From assembly GCF_055900595.2 (NCBI RefSeq), contig NZ_CM148325.1: a stretch of DNA of 64,000 nucleotides; one strand, written 5' to 3'. This document shows positions 42,235-54,281 of the stretch, piece after piece. The first letter of the stretch is position 1, and each line of letters begins with the position of its first letter. Under the pieces are notes generated by a model. It was not told where the DNA came from and searched no databases. It was given only the letters and a program-made list of their open reading frames with translations. Made by a program: the position numbers and the translations under genes.

Positions 42235-43365
42235 TCAGGAGAAGTAGTTCAACAAGGTCGCAATTACCGTGCGCTGATTGACGGGCGACAGGTTGTAGAA
42301 CAACGGCAGGCGCAGCAGGCGCTCGCTCTCTTTGGTGGTGTAGCGATCTTCACCGTGGAACTCACCAAAGCGTTCCCCCGCAGGGCAACCGTGCAGCGGA
42401 ATGTAATGGAACACCGCCATGATTTCCGCTTCTTTCAGAAAGTTAATCAACGCGCTCCGGTCATCAATATCCCGCAGTTTAATGTAGAACATATGCGCGT
42501 TCTGCACGCAGCCATCGGGAATCGACGGCAGCTCGATACGCCCGGCTTTCGCCAGAGGTGCTAACGCATCGTAGTAGTTTTGCCACAGCGCCAGACGTTG
42601 CTGATTGATACGATCCGCTGCTTCCAGTTGCGCCCACAGGTACGCAGCTTGCAGATCGGACATCAAATAGCTGGAGCCAATATCGCGCCAGGTATATTTA
42701 TCGACCTGACCACGGAAGAACTGGCTGCGGTTTGTGCCTTTTTCACGGATGATCTCGGCTCGTTCGATTAACGCTTTATCGTTAATCAGCGTCGCGCCGC
42801 CTTCACCGCCCGCCGTGTAGTTTTTGGTTTCATGGAAGCTAAAGCAGCCAATATGACCAATGGTTCCCAGTGCACGCCCTTTATAAGTGGACATCACGCC
42901 CTGAGCGGCATCTTCCACCACAAACAGGTTATACTTTTTCGCCAACGCCATAATGGTGTCCATTTCGCAGGCCACACCCGCGTAATGGACCGGCACGATA
43001 ACGCGCGTTTTGTCGGTGATCGCCGCTTCAATCAGCGTTTCGTCGATGTTCATAGTGTCCGGGCGAACATCCACAAAGACGATTTTCGCGCCACGCAGCA
43101 CAAAGGCATTGGCGGTGGAGACAAAGGTGTAGCTCGGCATGATCACTTCATCGCCAGGCTGGATATCGAGCAGCAGCGCCGCCATCTCCAGAGAAGCGGT
43201 GCAGGACGGCGTCAGTAACACTTTGGCGCTGCCAAAACGTTGCTCCAGCCACTGCTGGCAGCGACGGGTAAAACCGCCATCGCCACACAGTTTGCCGCTA
43301 CCCATTGCCGACTGCATATAGTCGAGTTCGGTTCCCACCACCGGCGGTGCGTTAAATGGAATCAT
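42235..43365 (-). CDS. wecE: dTDP-4-keto-6-deoxy-D-glucose aminotransferase (PLP-dependent)
   Basis: 376-aa ORF MIPFNAPPVVGTELDYMQSAMGSGKLCGDGGFTRRCQQWLEQRFG..., DegT/DnrJ/EryC1 family. Confidence 0.92.
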   Translation of the reverse strand: MIPFNAPPVVGTELDYMQSAMGSGKLCGDGGFTRRCQQWLEQRFGSAKVLLTPSCTASLEMAALLLDIQPGDEVIMPSYTFVSTANAFVLRGAKIVFVDVRPDTMNIDETLIEAAITDKTRVIVPVHYAGVACEMDTIMALAKKYNLFVVEDAAQGVMSTYKGRALGTIGHIGCFSFHETKNYTAGGEGGATLINDKALIERAEIIREKGTNRSQFFRGQVDKYTWRDIGSSYLMSDLQAAYLWAQLEAADRINQQRLALWQNYYDALAPLAKAGRIELPSIPDGCVQNAHMFYIKLRDIDDRSALINFLKEAEIMAVFHYIPLHGCPAGERFGEFHGEDRYTTKESERLLRLPLFYNLSPVNQRTVIATLLNYFS

Positions 43366-43369
43366 GTGA

Positions 43370-44044
43370 TCACCTGTATAACCAGTACGCGGTGCTTTCT
43401 ACATTCGCACCACTTTGTATGTATCGTTTAAGCGCGGCGGTGTTGCCCATCTGGGTCGCCACCCGCAAAGTTGTTTTACCGCGAGCATACGCCCAGTTTA
43501 GCGCTGTTTGCATCAGCTCAGCACCTGCACCGCGTCCAGCCAGCAGGCCAATTCGCGCATCTGTCGCATTGAGTTCCCGTAAAGAGACATAGCCGCGAAT
43601 ATCGCCGGACGCCGAACGTAAAATGAGGCATTGATGATCAAAGGTGCCGCGCACGGCATTTTCAACCCACTGCGCATAAAAGCGACCGCTGGCGTCAGGC
43701 GCATACCACGGCGCACGAAAACGGCTTTGCGCAAATGCGGCACTGGCTAACTGACGTAATACGGGAATATCTGTCTCTTGTGCCACTTCTGCGCCGCTAT
43801 CACTGACATTGTTCACGGGTAGCGCCAAATCAACTTCACCTTCAACCAGGCAGAATCCCAGCTGTTGCAAGGCATCCAGCTCAACAGTATTTGATGCAGC
43901 AATTTTGGCCTGCACTCGTGACCACGGCGCTAAAGCGTCTGGCGTCAGGAGTGGCGCATCAGGAGTGAGATGCACGATAGCGCTGTTAACGCCAAAGAAG
44001 GCATTTTCCCAGGTTAGTGGTTCAATACTGGCGCGGACGGGCAC
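43370..44044 (-). CDS. wecD: dTDP-fucosamine acetyltransferase (GNAT)
   Basis: 224-aa ORF as given in the track; the true start may be an internal codon. Overlaps the 3' end of rffH by 23 bp. Confidence 0.8.
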   Translation of the reverse strand: MPVRASIEPLTWENAFFGVNSAIVHLTPDAPLLTPDALAPWSRVQAKIAASNTVELDALQQLGFCLVEGEVDLALPVNNVSDSGAEVAQETDIPVLRQLASAAFAQSRFRAPWYAPDASGRFYAQWVENAVRGTFDHQCLILRSASGDIRGYVSLRELNATDARIGLLAGRGAGAELMQTALNWAYARGKTTLRVATQMGNTAALKRYIQSGANVESTAYWLYR

Positions 44045-44903
44045 GGAGTAACTCCAGCAGATATTGGCCGTAGCCAGTTTTCGCTAATGAACTGGCAGCA
44101 CGCTTCACACCTTCGTCATCGAGCCAGCCGTTACGCCAGGCAATCTCTTCCAGGCAGGCAATCTTAAAGCCCTGGCGTTTTTCCACCGTCTGTACAAAGG
44201 TACTGGCTTCAATCAGGCTGTCGTGTGTGCCGGTGTCCAGCCAGGCAAATCCGCGCCCGAGCAGTTCAACGGTCAGGTTGCCTGCCTCGAGGTACATCTG
44301 GTTGATGGAGGTAATCTCCAGTTCACCACGCTCCGACGGCTTCACCTGCTTTGCGTACTCCACAACTTTACTGTCGTAGAAATAAAGCCCGGTCACCGCC
44401 CAGTTTGATTTTGGCTGTTTTGGCTTTTCTTCCAGAGAGATAGCGCGGAAATTGTCGTCAAACTCCACGACGCCAAAGCGTTCTGGATCCATTACCTGAT
44501 AGCCAAATACCGTCGCCCCTTGCGTGCGCGCCGCAACATGACGCAGCTTCGGACTGAAGCCCTGGCCGAAGAAGATGTTATCGCCCAGCACCAGACAAGA
44601 TGGTTCACCATTAAGGAAGGTTTCACCGATGATAAATGCCTGCGCAAGACCGTCCGGGCTGGGCTGTTCGGCATATTCCAGCTGGATACCGAACTCACTA
44701 CCATCGCCCAGCAGGCGCTGGAAATAACCTTTATCTTCCGGCGTGGTGATGATGAGAATTTCGCGGATACCGGCCAGCATCAGCACCGACAGCGGATAGT
44801 AAATCATTGGCTTATCGTAAATCGGCAACAATTGCTTCGATACGCCGCGCGTAATCGGATGCAATCGGGTGCCGGAACCGCCCGCCAGGATAATACCTTT
44901 CAT
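44022..44903 (-). CDS. rffH: Glucose-1-phosphate thymidylyltransferase 2
   Basis: 293-aa [42 protein letters not shown]..., the RmlA-type signature. Confidence 0.95.
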   Translation of the reverse strand: MKGIILAGGSGTRLHPITRGVSKQLLPIYDKPMIYYPLSVLMLAGIREILIITTPEDKGYFQRLLGDGSEFGIQLEYAEQPSPDGLAQAFIIGETFLNGEPSCLVLGDNIFFGQGFSPKLRHVAARTQGATVFGYQVMDPERFGVVEFDDNFRAISLEEKPKQPKSNWAVTGLYFYDSKVVEYAKQVKPSERGELEITSINQMYLEAGNLTVELLGRGFAWLDTGTHDSLIEASTFVQTVEKRQGFKIACLEEIAWRNGWLDDEGVKRAASSLAKTGYGQYLLELLRARPRQY

Positions 44904-44921
44904 GTTTGCCTCCGCTGAGAA

Positions 44922-45989
44922 TTAGCCGTTCAGACCTAAACGCTCACCCTGATAGCTGCCGTCCTGCACCTGCTTCCACCAGCTTTCATTAGCCAGATAC
45001 CACTGCACTGTTTTACGCATTCCACTTTCAAAGGTTTCCTGCGGCAGCCAGCCAAGTTCACGGGCAATTTTCGAAGCATCAATGGCATAGCGTAGGTCAT
45101 GCCCTGGACGGTCAGCGACAAAGGTAATCAGATCGCGATAGTGCGCCACACCGTGCGATTTATTCGGGGCCAGTTCTTCCAGCAGCTCGCAGATGGTTTC
45201 CACAACCTCGAGATTCTTACGCTCGTTGTGACCACCAATATTATAGGTTTCACCGACTTTCCCGGTGGTCACCACGCAATACAGCGCGCGGGCATGATCT
45301 TCAACATATAACCAGTCACGGATTTGCTGCCCATTGCCATATACCGGCAGCGGTTTACCCGCCAGCGCGTTGAGGATCATCAGCGGGATCAGTTTTTCCG
45401 GAAAGTGGTAAGGACCGTAGTTATTAGAGCAGTTGGTGATTAACGTCGGCAGGCCGTAGGTCCGCAGCCAGGCGCGCACCAGATGGTCGCTGCTTGCTTT
45501 TGAAGCAGAATAAGGGCTGCTCGGCGAATACGGCGTGGTTTCGGTAAAGAAATCATCTGTGGAATGCAGGTCACCGTATACTTCGTCGGTGGAGATATGA
45601 TGAAAACGGAACGCCGATTTTTTGTCTTCTGCCAGCGCATTCCAGTAAGCCCGCGCCGCTTCAAGCAGTGTATAAGTCCCGACAATGTTGGTTTCGATAA
45701 ACGCTGCCGGGCCGTCAATAGAACGGTCAACATGGCTTTCAGCTGCCAGATGCATAACGCAGTCTGGCTGATGTTCTGTGAAAATGCGCGCCAACTCTGC
45801 CCGATCGCAGATATCAACTTTCTCAAAGGCAAAGCGATCGCTTTGCGCGACTGGTGCCAACGACATCAGGTTTCCGGCGTAGGTCAGCTTATCGACCACC
45901 ACCACCGCATCGTTCGTCTCGTTGATGATATAACGCACCAGCGCCGAGCCAATAAACCCGGCACCGCCTGTTATCAGAATCTTTCTCAT
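44922..45989 (-). CDS. rffG: dTDP-glucose 4,6-dehydratase 2
   Basis: 355-aa [25 protein letters not shown]... with a Rossmann GxxGxxG motif, RmlB family. Confidence 0.95.
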   Translation of the reverse strand: MRKILITGGAGFIGSALVRYIINETNDAVVVVDKLTYAGNLMSLAPVAQSDRFAFEKVDICDRAELARIFTEHQPDCVMHLAAESHVDRSIDGPAAFIETNIVGTYTLLEAARAYWNALAEDKKSAFRFHHISTDEVYGDLHSTDDFFTETTPYSPSSPYSASKASSDHLVRAWLRTYGLPTLITNCSNNYGPYHFPEKLIPLMILNALAGKPLPVYGNGQQIRDWLYVEDHARALYCVVTTGKVGETYNIGGHNERKNLEVVETICELLEELAPNKSHGVAHYRDLITFVADRPGHDLRYAIDASKIARELGWLPQETFESGMRKTVQWYLANESWWKQVQDGSYQGERLGLNG

Positions 45990-47251
45990 TAGCGCCAGAC
46001 TCCTTTGGCATCGACGACATACTGCTGATGGACGTTGTCGCCATTGATAACTTTGAACTGACTATGATCGACCAACATCACCAGCACATCTGCCGTTGCC
46101 AGCGCCTCGTCAAGCTGCGCCAGAGTACAAAGCCCATTCAGTTTGTTCGGCAACTGGTGAATGTTAGGCTCAACAACCAGCGTTTCGCCGCTGTGCCACT
46201 GAGCGATCAATTCAGCGATTTCCATCGCCGGACTTTCGCGCAGGTCATCAATATTCGGTTTAAACGCCAGACCAAAGCAGGCAATTTTCAGCTCACTGGC
46301 GCGTTTATCGGTAGCGGCCAGGCAGTCGGCAACCGCCGCTTTGACCTGATCAATCACCCAGAACGGTTTGTGATCGTTCACTTCGCGCGCGGTACGGATA
46401 AGCCGCGCCTGCTGCGGATTCTGTGCCACGATAAACCACGGATCAACAGCGATGCAGTGGCCGCCCACACCTGGGCCAGGCTGAAGAATATTGACGCGTG
46501 GGTGGCGATTCGCCAGGCGAATCAGTTCCCAGACGTTAATCCCCTGATCGGCACAAATCAGCGACAATTCATTAGCAAAAGCGATATTCACATCGCGGAA
46601 GCTGTTCTCGGTGAGTTTACACATTTCCGCCGTCCGTGAGTTAGTGACGACACACTCACCTTCGAGGAAAATTTTGTACAGTTCGCTGGCACGGGCCGAA
46701 CAAACCGGCGTCATACCACCAATCACGCGATCGTTTTTAATCAGCTCGACCATAACCTGGCCCGGTAACACTCGTTCCGGGCAGTAAGCAATGTTGACGT
46801 CCGCCTGCTCGCCCACCTGCTGTGGGAAAGTCAGGTCCGGACGCATCTCTGCTAACCATTCTGCCATCTTCTCGGTTGAACCCACCGGCGAGGTGGACTC
46901 AAGGATCACCAGCGCGCCTTTTTTCAGCACTGGCGCAATGGAGCGAGCAGCCGATTCAACGTAAGCCATATCAGGCTCATGATCGCCTTTAAACGGCGTG
47001 GGTACAGCAATCAGCCAGGCATCCGCTTCAACCGGCGTCGTGCTCGCTCGTAAAAAACCGCCTTCTACGGCAGTTTTTACTACGCTCGCCAAATCAGGCT
47101 CGACGATATGGATTTCGCCACGATTGATGGTATCAACCGCGTGTTGGTTGATATCAACACCAATCACCTGTTTTTGCCGGGAGGCAAACGCTGCCGCCGT
47201 TGGCAGTCCAATGTAACCCAGTCCAATGACAGAAATGGTCGCAAAACTCAT
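45989..47251 (-). CDS. wecC: UDP-N-acetyl-D-mannosamine dehydrogenase
   Basis: 420-aa [39 protein letters not shown]..., UDP-glucose/GDP-mannose dehydrogenase family. Confidence 0.95.
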   Translation of the reverse strand: MSFATISVIGLGYIGLPTAAAFASRQKQVIGVDINQHAVDTINRGEIHIVEPDLASVVKTAVEGGFLRASTTPVEADAWLIAVPTPFKGDHEPDMAYVESAARSIAPVLKKGALVILESTSPVGSTEKMAEWLAEMRPDLTFPQQVGEQADVNIAYCPERVLPGQVMVELIKNDRVIGGMTPVCSARASELYKIFLEGECVVTNSRTAEMCKLTENSFRDVNIAFANELSLICADQGINVWELIRLANRHPRVNILQPGPGVGGHCIAVDPWFIVAQNPQQARLIRTAREVNDHKPFWVIDQVKAAVADCLAATDKRASELKIACFGLAFKPNIDDLRESPAMEIAELIAQWHSGETLVVEPNIHQLPNKLNGLCTLAQLDEALATADVLVMLVDHSQFKVINGDNVHQQYVVDAKGVWR

Positions 47252-48378
47252 AGTGATATCCGATTATTTTTTAACGCTTCCAGAATGCGAGAGCATGCCT
47301 GACCATCACCATACGGGTTATGGGCGCGGCTCATGGTTTGATATTCGTTTTCGTCTTTTAAAAGACGCGTCACTTCCTCGACGATTCGCTGCTTATCCGT
47401 GCCGACCAGACGTACCGTACCCGCCTTCACTGCTTCCGGACGTTCAGTGGTTTCACGCATCACCAGCACTGGTTTCCCCAGCGAAGGCGCTTCCTCCTGA
47501 ATGCCACCTGAATCGGTCAAAATCAGCCAGGCGTGGTTCATCAGCCAGACAAACGGTAAATACTCCTGGGGATCGATCAGAATGACATTTTTCACGTGCC
47601 CCAGAATGCGATTGACCGGCTCTCTGACGTTCGGGTTGAGATGCACCGGATAGACAATCTGAATGTCCTGGTGAGTGGTGGCGATGTCTGCCAGCGCATG
47701 GCAGATTTCTTCAAAGCCACGACCAAAACTCTCACGTCTGTGACCGGTCACCAGAATCATTTTTTTATCAGGGTCGATAAACGGATAATTTGCCGCCAGT
47801 TCTGAACGCAGCGTATCGCTGCTCATCACCTGGTCACGCACCCATAACAGTGCATCAATAACGGTATTACCGGTAATGAAGATTCGGCTGTCAGCAACGT
47901 TTTCACGCAGCAAGTTTTGCCGGGAAGTTTCGGTTGGAGAGAAGTGATACATCGCCAGATGCCCGGTCAATGTACGGTTAGCCTCTTCCGGCCACGGCGA
48001 ATAGAGATCGCCCGTGCGCAGACCAGCCTCAACGTGACCAACAGGAATACGCTGATAAAACGCCGCCAGGCTGGTTGCCAGCGTCGTCGTCGTATCGCCG
48101 TGAACCAGCACGACGTCTGGTTTGAACTCGGCAAGAATAGGTTTTAGCCCTTCCAGAATCCGACAGGTTATCTCTGTCAGACCCTGTCCTGGCTGCATTA
48201 TGTTGAGATCGTAGTCAGGTACAATGGAAAAGAGTTTCAGCACCTGATCGAGCATCTCCCGATGCTGCGCAGTGACGCAAACTTTAGCCTCAAAAAAAGG
48301 ATCTTTTGCCAACGCATGCACCAACGGCGCCATCTTGATGGCTTCCGGGCGCGTACCAAATACAGTCAGTACTTTCAC
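47248..48378 (-). CDS. wecB: UDP-N-acetylglucosamine 2-epimerase
   Basis: Track ORF trimmed to the GTG at 48376-48378, giving (M)[46 protein letters not shown]... (376 aa). Confidence 0.92.
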   Translation of the reverse strand: MKVLTVFGTRPEAIKMAPLVHALAKDPFFEAKVCVTAQHREMLDQVLKLFSIVPDYDLNIMQPGQGLTEITCRILEGLKPILAEFKPDVVLVHGDTTTTLATSLAAFYQRIPVGHVEAGLRTGDLYSPWPEEANRTLTGHLAMYHFSPTETSRQNLLRENVADSRIFITGNTVIDALLWVRDQVMSSDTLRSELAANYPFIDPDKKMILVTGHRRESFGRGFEEICHALADIATTHQDIQIVYPVHLNPNVREPVNRILGHVKNVILIDPQEYLPFVWLMNHAWLILTDSGGIQEEAPSLGKPVLVMRETTERPEAVKAGTVRLVGTDKQRIVEEVTRLLKDENEYQTMSRAHNPYGDGQACSRILEALKNNRISL

Positions 48379-48433
48379 ATCGATTCTCTTCGAATAAGCG
48401 GCGAGCGCCTTTGCGCTCACCGCAGCAGTGTTG

Positions 48434-49483
48434 CTATTTCGAGCAACGGCGGGTTAATGCGACACCAGCCCCGATCAGCCCCCCGACAATGCCCCACATA
48501 ATCATCAGGAAGGCACGACGTGGGCTATCGCGTTTTACCGGTTCTTCCGGCGTACGCAAATAGCGATAGGTCTGAAAACGCGGATCCAGGGTTGGACCAA
48601 CATTCAGGGTGTTTAACATGGCCCGATTCTGATCATAGTCGAGATCAAAGGCCGGACCGACGGCCTGTAAATTTTCCAGTCGCGCCTGGAGCATTGGACG
48701 CCCAAGCAGGAACATTTCTGAATCAGGTAGTTCCTCGGCAGGTACATCTGTCGCACTGCGCGAAATATTATGCTGCTCAGCAATTTTCAGCGCCTGTTCA
48801 ATGCTGTTCATCCGGCGGTCGTAGATGGCTTTCGCCACTTCTTCCTGACGCTTCACCTGAGCTTTCATCTGGATGGTACGCGCCGCCCATGCGCCTTTCA
48901 GCTCATCATTCAGATGGCTGGCTGCTCGTTGGCTGGCAAACGCAACATACTGACGTAACAGGTTATTAGCGTCAGGCGCGGTTTCGGCAATCAGCTTAAC
49001 GCTATCATTGACCGCACGCGTGAAGTCACCGGGAATAAACACGATGTTGTTAATCATTTCATCCAGCAACGCCGCATCGGCTTTGCTGTTCCCGACCATC
49101 CGCTGTTTGTAATAGTCTGTCTGCAACCAGAAATCGCGGCGGGTATCCCACGAGGCCAGTTGCATAACAAACTCTTTATAGGCTTCATCCATGACCGATG
49201 GTTGGTCGGCAGAAGCCATGTTCGAACGGACGTCCAGGTTACGCAAAAATTGCTGCTGCGAGTAGTATCCTCCCAGCATATTCACTGTTGGACGATCGGT
49301 AATCGCCGTCGAGCTCCACTCCTGACGAGCAAAAAAAGTATACGCCAGCGCGATTAACGCAAACGCCAGCCCCATGCCAATAATCCACAGCTTCCCAGCC
49401 CACAAGGTACGAAACAACCCACGAATATCCAGTTCATTTTCAGCGTCTTCGGCCGGTTTCCCAGGCATTGGTTGTGTCATCAC
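48434..49483 (-). CDS. wzzE: ECA chain-length regulator
   Basis: 349-aa ORF with N- and C-terminal transmembrane segments flanking a periplasmic coiled-coil domain (Wzz/PCP family). Confidence 0.92.
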   Translation of the reverse strand: MMTQPMPGKPAEDAENELDIRGLFRTLWAGKLWIIGMGLAFALIALAYTFFARQEWSSTAITDRPTVNMLGGYYSQQQFLRNLDVRSNMASADQPSVMDEAYKEFVMQLASWDTRRDFWLQTDYYKQRMVGNSKADAALLDEMINNIVFIPGDFTRAVNDSVKLIAETAPDANNLLRQYVAFASQRAASHLNDELKGAWAARTIQMKAQVKRQEEVAKAIYDRRMNSIEQALKIAEQHNISRSATDVPAEELPDSEMFLLGRPMLQARLENLQAVGPAFDLDYDQNRAMLNTLNVGPTLDPRFQTYRYLRTPEEPVKRDSPRRAFLMIMWGIVGGLIGAGVALTRRCSK

Positions 49484-49491
49484 ATCCTCAT

Positions 49492-50595
49492 TTATTTGGT
49501 TAAATTGGGGCTGCCACCACGATTTCTACGCAGTCTGCGTTTTACGCGCTTAATAAAGCGAGCAACTTTCCAGGCACGCTTAATGCAATATCCATAGAGG
49601 AAGAATGCTAGCAAAAAGAGCACCAGCATGACCCATTCCGGGACAAAATGAGAGTATTCTGCCAGCACGCCAATTGAGGCGAGCAGTGCTGCGGCAAGGG
49701 TAATCAGCACAAACGCCTGGCGGGAAGTAAACCCGGCACGCATGATCAAATGGTGAATATGCTGACGGTCAGGAGAGAATGGGCTCATGCCTTTACGCAG
49801 GCGACGGTACATAATTGCCACCATATCCATTAGCGGAATGGCGATAATCCATAATGCAGTAACCGGGCTTATTGGGTGCGTTTTTCCCTGAGTCGTTTCG
49901 AGCAGGATCCAGATAACGGTAAAACCAATCAGCGTACTGCCCGCATCACCCATAAAGACTTTGTAGCGGCGACCCAGGATACCAAGGTTGAGCATGATAT
50001 AGGGCAGGATGGCGGCGATCATCGCAAAGCACCAGATAGCGAGGCTGGTTTGCCCGTCGAACCACAAAATCATACCGATTGCTGCAAACGAGACGCAGGA
50101 CAACCCGCCCAGCAAGCCATCAATGCCATCAACCATGTTGAAAGCATTAATTGCCGCCCAGACGGCAAATAGCGTCAGGAAGTAGCCAAACGGTCCGAGC
50201 ACCATCTCCCAGGAGCCAAAGATATAACCCAGGCTACTGAGATAAAGTTTGCCGAACACCATCATAACAATGCCAACAGCGGCCTGTATGGTGGCACGGA
50301 TTTTTACGCTGATATCAAAACGGTCATCCAGCGCACCGATGAACACAAGCACACCGGCACAAGCGAGATAGAGAGATGCATGCGGAATATAATAATCGAC
50401 AATTCCGAACGTGAAGCAAATCCCTGCGTAAACCGAAATACCCCCAACGAGAGGTATCAATCCCTGGTGACGTTTGCGGAAGTTAGGTTTATCCACTAAA
50501 CCGACTTTTTTTGCTACCTTTCGGGCAAAAAACAGAAACAGTGTCGTGAATAAAAAAATACTGATGAGATCAGTACTCACTGTCAGTAAATTCAC
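49492..50595 (-). CDS. wecA: UDP-GlcNAc:undecaprenyl-phosphate GlcNAc-1-phosphate transferase
   Basis: 367-aa polytopic ORF of the MraY/WecA family; first gene of the wec cluster, downstream of rho. Confidence 0.95.
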   Translation of the reverse strand: MNLLTVSTDLISIFLFTTLFLFFARKVAKKVGLVDKPNFRKRHQGLIPLVGGISVYAGICFTFGIVDYYIPHASLYLACAGVLVFIGALDDRFDISVKIRATIQAAVGIVMMVFGKLYLSSLGYIFGSWEMVLGPFGYFLTLFAVWAAINAFNMVDGIDGLLGGLSCVSFAAIGMILWFDGQTSLAIWCFAMIAAILPYIMLNLGILGRRYKVFMGDAGSTLIGFTVIWILLETTQGKTHPISPVTALWIIAIPLMDMVAIMYRRLRKGMSPFSPDRQHIHHLIMRAGFTSRQAFVLITLAAALLASIGVLAEYSHFVPEWVMLVLFLLAFFLYGYCIKRAWKVARFIKRVKRRLRRNRGGSPNLTK

Positions 50596-50785
50596 AATGC
50601 ATGCTCTCAGAGAAAATTATTAGCAGAAGTATAACCACGAAGACCTTTATTCAGAAGGGAAAGTCCGTTCCGAACCCACCAGTCCTGTGCAAAAATTAAT
50701 CATTCGATATGCAAATTGCATAACACACGAGCAAAACCCAGGAATTTTCCTAACATTGCCAGTGCGGCAATAAGATTACAGATAT

Positions 50786-50820
50786 AAAAGCAAAACGCCA
50801 CGTAAACACGTGGCGTTTTT
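50786..50820 (-). terminator. Intrinsic (bidirectional-looking) terminator downstream of rho
   Basis: Perfect palindrome AAAACGCCACG–TAAACA–CGTGGCGTTTTT with A/T runs on both sides, 15 bp after the rho stop codon. Confidence 0.7.
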
Positions 50821-50834
50821 GGCATAAGACAAAT

Positions 50835-52094
50835 TTATGAGCGCTTCATCATTTCGAAGAAATCGTCATTGGTCTTGGTCATCGCCAGTTTATTAATGAG
50901 GAACTCCATGGCATCGATTTCGCCCATCGGGTGAATGATTTTGCGCAGGATCCACATTTTCTGCAGCTCTTCCTGAGTAGTGAGCAGCTCTTCTTTACGG
51001 GTACCGGAACGGTTGTAGTCGATTGCCGGGAAGACGCGTTTTTCAGCGATCTTACGAGAGAGGTGCAGTTCCATGTTGCCTGTACCTTTAAACTCTTCGT
51101 AGATAACTTCGTCCATCTTGGAACCGGTATCGATAAGCGCGGTAGCGATGATGGTCAGGCTGCCGCCCTCTTCCACATTACGCGCCGCACCGAAGAAGCG
51201 TTTCGGGCGATGCAGGGCGTTGGCATCCACACCACCGGTCAGCACTTTACCTGACGCCGGAACAACGGTGTTGTAAGCACGCGCCAAACGAGTGATGGAG
51301 TCGAGCAGAATGATAACGTCTTTCTTGTGCTCAACCAGGCGTTTCGCCTTCTCGATCACCATTTCCGCAACCTGAACGTGGCGAGATGCGGGTTCGTCAA
51401 AGGTGGAAGCAACAACTTCACCTTTTACCAGACGCTGCATCTCGGTGACTTCTTCCGGACGTTCGTCAATCAGCAGAACCATCAGCACACAATCCGGGTG
51501 GTTGTAAGCAATGCTCTGAGCAATGTTCTGCAGCAGCATGGTTTTACCGGCTTTCGGCGGTGCCACAATCAGACCACGCTGACCACGACCGATAGGTGAT
51601 GCCAGATCCAGTACGCGAGCGGTTAAATCTTCAGTAGAACCGTTACCACGTTCCATGCGCAGACGAGAGTTTGCGTGCAGCGGGGTTAAGTTCTCAAAGA
51701 GGATTTTGTTGCGGGCGTTTTCAGGTTTGTCGAAGTTAACTTCGTTAACTTTCAGCAGCGCAAAATAGCGTTCACCTTCTTTCGGCGGGCGAATCTTACC
51801 AGAGATGGTATCACCAGTGCGGAGGTTGAAACGGCGGATTTGGCTAGGAGAAACGTAGATGTCATCAGGACCGGCGAGGTAGGAGCTGTCTGCGGAACGG
51901 AGGAAACCAAATCCATCCTGCAATATCTCCAGTACGCCATCACCAAAGATATCTTCGCCACTCTTTGCGTGCTGCTTCAGGATGGCAAAAATAATGTCCT
52001 GCTTACGCATACGAGCCAGGTTTTCCAGCCCCATATTTTCGCCGAGAGTGATCAGCTCAGAAACCGGCGTATTCTTTAATTCGGTAAGATTCAT
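50835..52094 (-). CDS. rho: Transcription termination factor Rho
   Basis: Track ORF (443 aa) trimmed to the ATG at 52092-52094, giving [44 protein letters not shown]... (419 aa) with a Walker A motif (APPKAGKT). Confidence 0.97.
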
Positions 52095-52178
52095 AGTGGT
52101 GTGAGTTCTTAAACTTGGGGTAAATCTCGAACTTAATGTTGTGAATGGTATGGCAGGATCATCCATGCCTGTTTACGG

Positions 52179-52280
52179 TCATCGACTCATGTCTTTTCGC
52201 TGCCTGGTCACAGGAGAGTACGCAGAACTGAAACGACAAGACGGATTGAGTGACGAGCCAGAAATCTGTTCACTTCGCAT
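52179..52280 (-). CDS. rhoL: rho operon leader peptide
   Basis: 33-codon minus-strand ORF MRSEQISGSSLNPSCRFSSAYSPVTRQRKDMSR between trxA and rho. Too short for the track; found by direct translation. Confidence 0.85.
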   Translation of the reverse strand: MRSEQISGSSLNPSCRFSSAYSPVTRQRKDMSR

Positions 52281-52420
52281 TTAAGATAAAACGGGAAGCG
52301 TTGGAAATTACAAGATTCAAACTTAATAAGGTATGTTTAATACGAAGTCAACACTAAGTTAGCATGACTCACGCCGGGCGTCCAGTTTTTAGCGACAGGG
52401 CACCCGAACATGAAATTCCC

Positions 52421-52750
52421 TTACGCCAGGTTAGCGTCGAGGAACTCTTTCAACTGACCTTTAGACAGTGCGCCCACTTTGGTTGCCGCCACTTCACCGT
52501 TTTTGAACAGCAGCAGAGTCGGGATACCACGGATGCCATATTTCGGCGCAGTGCCAGGGTTTTGATCGATGTTCAGTTTTGCAACGGTCAGTTTGCCCTG
52601 ATATTCGTCAGCGATTTCATCCAGAATCGGGGCGATCATTTTGCACGGACCGCACCACTCTGCCCAGAAATCAACGAGGATCGCCCCGTCCGCTTTGAGT
52701 ACATCCGTGTCAAAACTGTCGTCAGTCAGGTGAATAATTTTATCGCTCAT
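52421..52750 (-). CDS. trxA: Thioredoxin 1
   Basis: Track ORF trimmed to the ATG at 52748-52750, giving [50 protein letters not shown]... (109 aa, WCGPC active site). Confidence 0.97.
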
Positions 52751-52880
52751 ATATAACTCCACAGGAATAAGCCTGGCGTGTTGGTTTCGTTGTTGGTGTA
52801 ACATTAACCAACTAAAGGTTGACTTTATTTCACCGGATACGCTTTCGTAAAGCAATAGTAAGCTGATATTCTACCACACT

Positions 52881-54146
52881 ATGAGCAAAACACATTTAAC
52901 AGAACAGAAGTTTTCCGACTTCGCCCTGCATCCGAAGGTTGTAGAAGCCCTTGAAAAAAAAGGGTTTCATAACTGTACGCCCATTCAGGCACTGGCCCTT
53001 CCGCTGACGCTGGCGGGTCGTGACGTAGCCGGGCAGGCGCAAACCGGTACCGGGAAAACGATGGCGTTTCTTACGTCAACGTTTCATTATCTTCTCTCTC
53101 ATCCCGCGATTGCCGATCGCAAGGTGAATCAGCCGCGTGCCTTAATTATGGCACCGACGCGTGAACTTGCCGTGCAGATCCACGCCGATGCGGAGCCACT
53201 GGCGCAAGCTACCGGCCTGAAGCTGGGTCTGGCTTACGGTGGTGATGGCTACGACAAACAGCTGAAAGTGCTGGAAAGCGGCGTTGACATACTGATTGGC
53301 ACCACGGGTCGTTTAATTGACTACGCCAAGCAGAACCACATTAACCTCGGTGCCATTCAGGTGGTAGTACTGGACGAAGCCGATCGCATGTACGATCTGG
53401 GCTTTATTAAAGATATCCGCTGGCTGTTCCGCCGTATGCCGCCTGCAAACCAGCGCCTCAACATGCTGTTCTCCGCCACGCTTTCGTACCGGGTACGCGA
53501 ACTGGCATTCGAGCAGATGAACAATGCCGAATATATTGAAGTGGAACCGGAACAGAAAACGGGCCACCGTATAAAAGAAGAGCTTTTCTACCCTTCTAAC
53601 GAAGAAAAAATGCGTTTGCTGCAAACGCTGATTGAAGAAGAATGGCCAGACCGAGCGATTATTTTCGCCAACACCAAACATCGTTGTGAAGAGATCTGGG
53701 GCCACCTGGCAGCAGATGGTCATCGTGTCGGTTTGTTGACAGGCGATGTCGCGCAGAAAAAACGTCTGCGTATCCTTGATGAATTTACCCGTGGCGATCT
53801 GGATATTCTGGTTGCCACCGACGTTGCCGCGCGTGGTTTGCATATTCCGGCAGTGACGCACGTCTTTAACTACGATTTACCCGATGACTGTGAAGATTAC
53901 GTTCACCGTATTGGTCGTACAGGTCGCGCAGGAGCAAGCGGTCACTCTATCAGCCTGGCCTGTGAAGAGTATGCATTGAATTTGCCTGCTATTGAGACCT
54001 ATATTGGTCACTCAATTCCGGTAAGCAAATACAATCCGGACGCATTGATGACCGATCTGCCAAAACCGCTGCGCCTCACACGCCCGCGTACAGGTAATGG
54101 TCCGCGTCGTACTGGCGCTCCGCGTAATCGTCGTCGTTCAGGTTAA
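52881..54146 (+). CDS. rhlB: ATP-dependent RNA helicase RhlB (degradosome component)
   Basis: 421-aa DEAD-box ORF (AQTGTGKT Walker A; DEAD in VVLDEADRM; C-terminal RGR-rich tail). Divergent from trxA. Confidence 0.95.
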   Translation: MSKTHLTEQKFSDFALHPKVVEALEKKGFHNCTPIQALALPLTLAGRDVAGQAQTGTGKTMAFLTSTFHYLLSHPAIADRKVNQPRALIMAPTRELAVQIHADAEPLAQATGLKLGLAYGGDGYDKQLKVLESGVDILIGTTGRLIDYAKQNHINLGAIQVVVLDEADRMYDLGFIKDIRWLFRRMPPANQRLNMLFSATLSYRVRELAFEQMNNAEYIEVEPEQKTGHRIKEELFYPSNEEKMRLLQTLIEEEWPDRAIIFANTKHRCEEIWGHLAADGHRVGLLTGDVAQKKRLRILDEFTRGDLDILVATDVAARGLHIPAVTHVFNYDLPDDCEDYVHRIGRTGRAGASGHSISLACEEYALNLPAIETYIGHSIPVSKYNPDALMTDLPKPLRLTRPRTGNGPRRTGAPRNRRRSG

Positions 54147-54281
54147 ATAAAAAATGTCATACTCAAAATCATTCAAACTGTATCAAGATGGCAAGAGAGT
54201 TAATCCCAATGAACTTACTGTAGTAAGTGATTCGGATGAAAGAACGCAGCCAACGCAGAGACAGAATGAAGGATGAAGAGT

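Noticed and set aside
50931-51599. Plus-strand ORFs inside rho (50931-51254, 51327-51599) and the 443-aa extended rho ORF
   Set aside because: Antisense shadow ORFs; the extended N-terminus is rejected in favour of the ATG giving [22 protein letters not shown] (419 aa).
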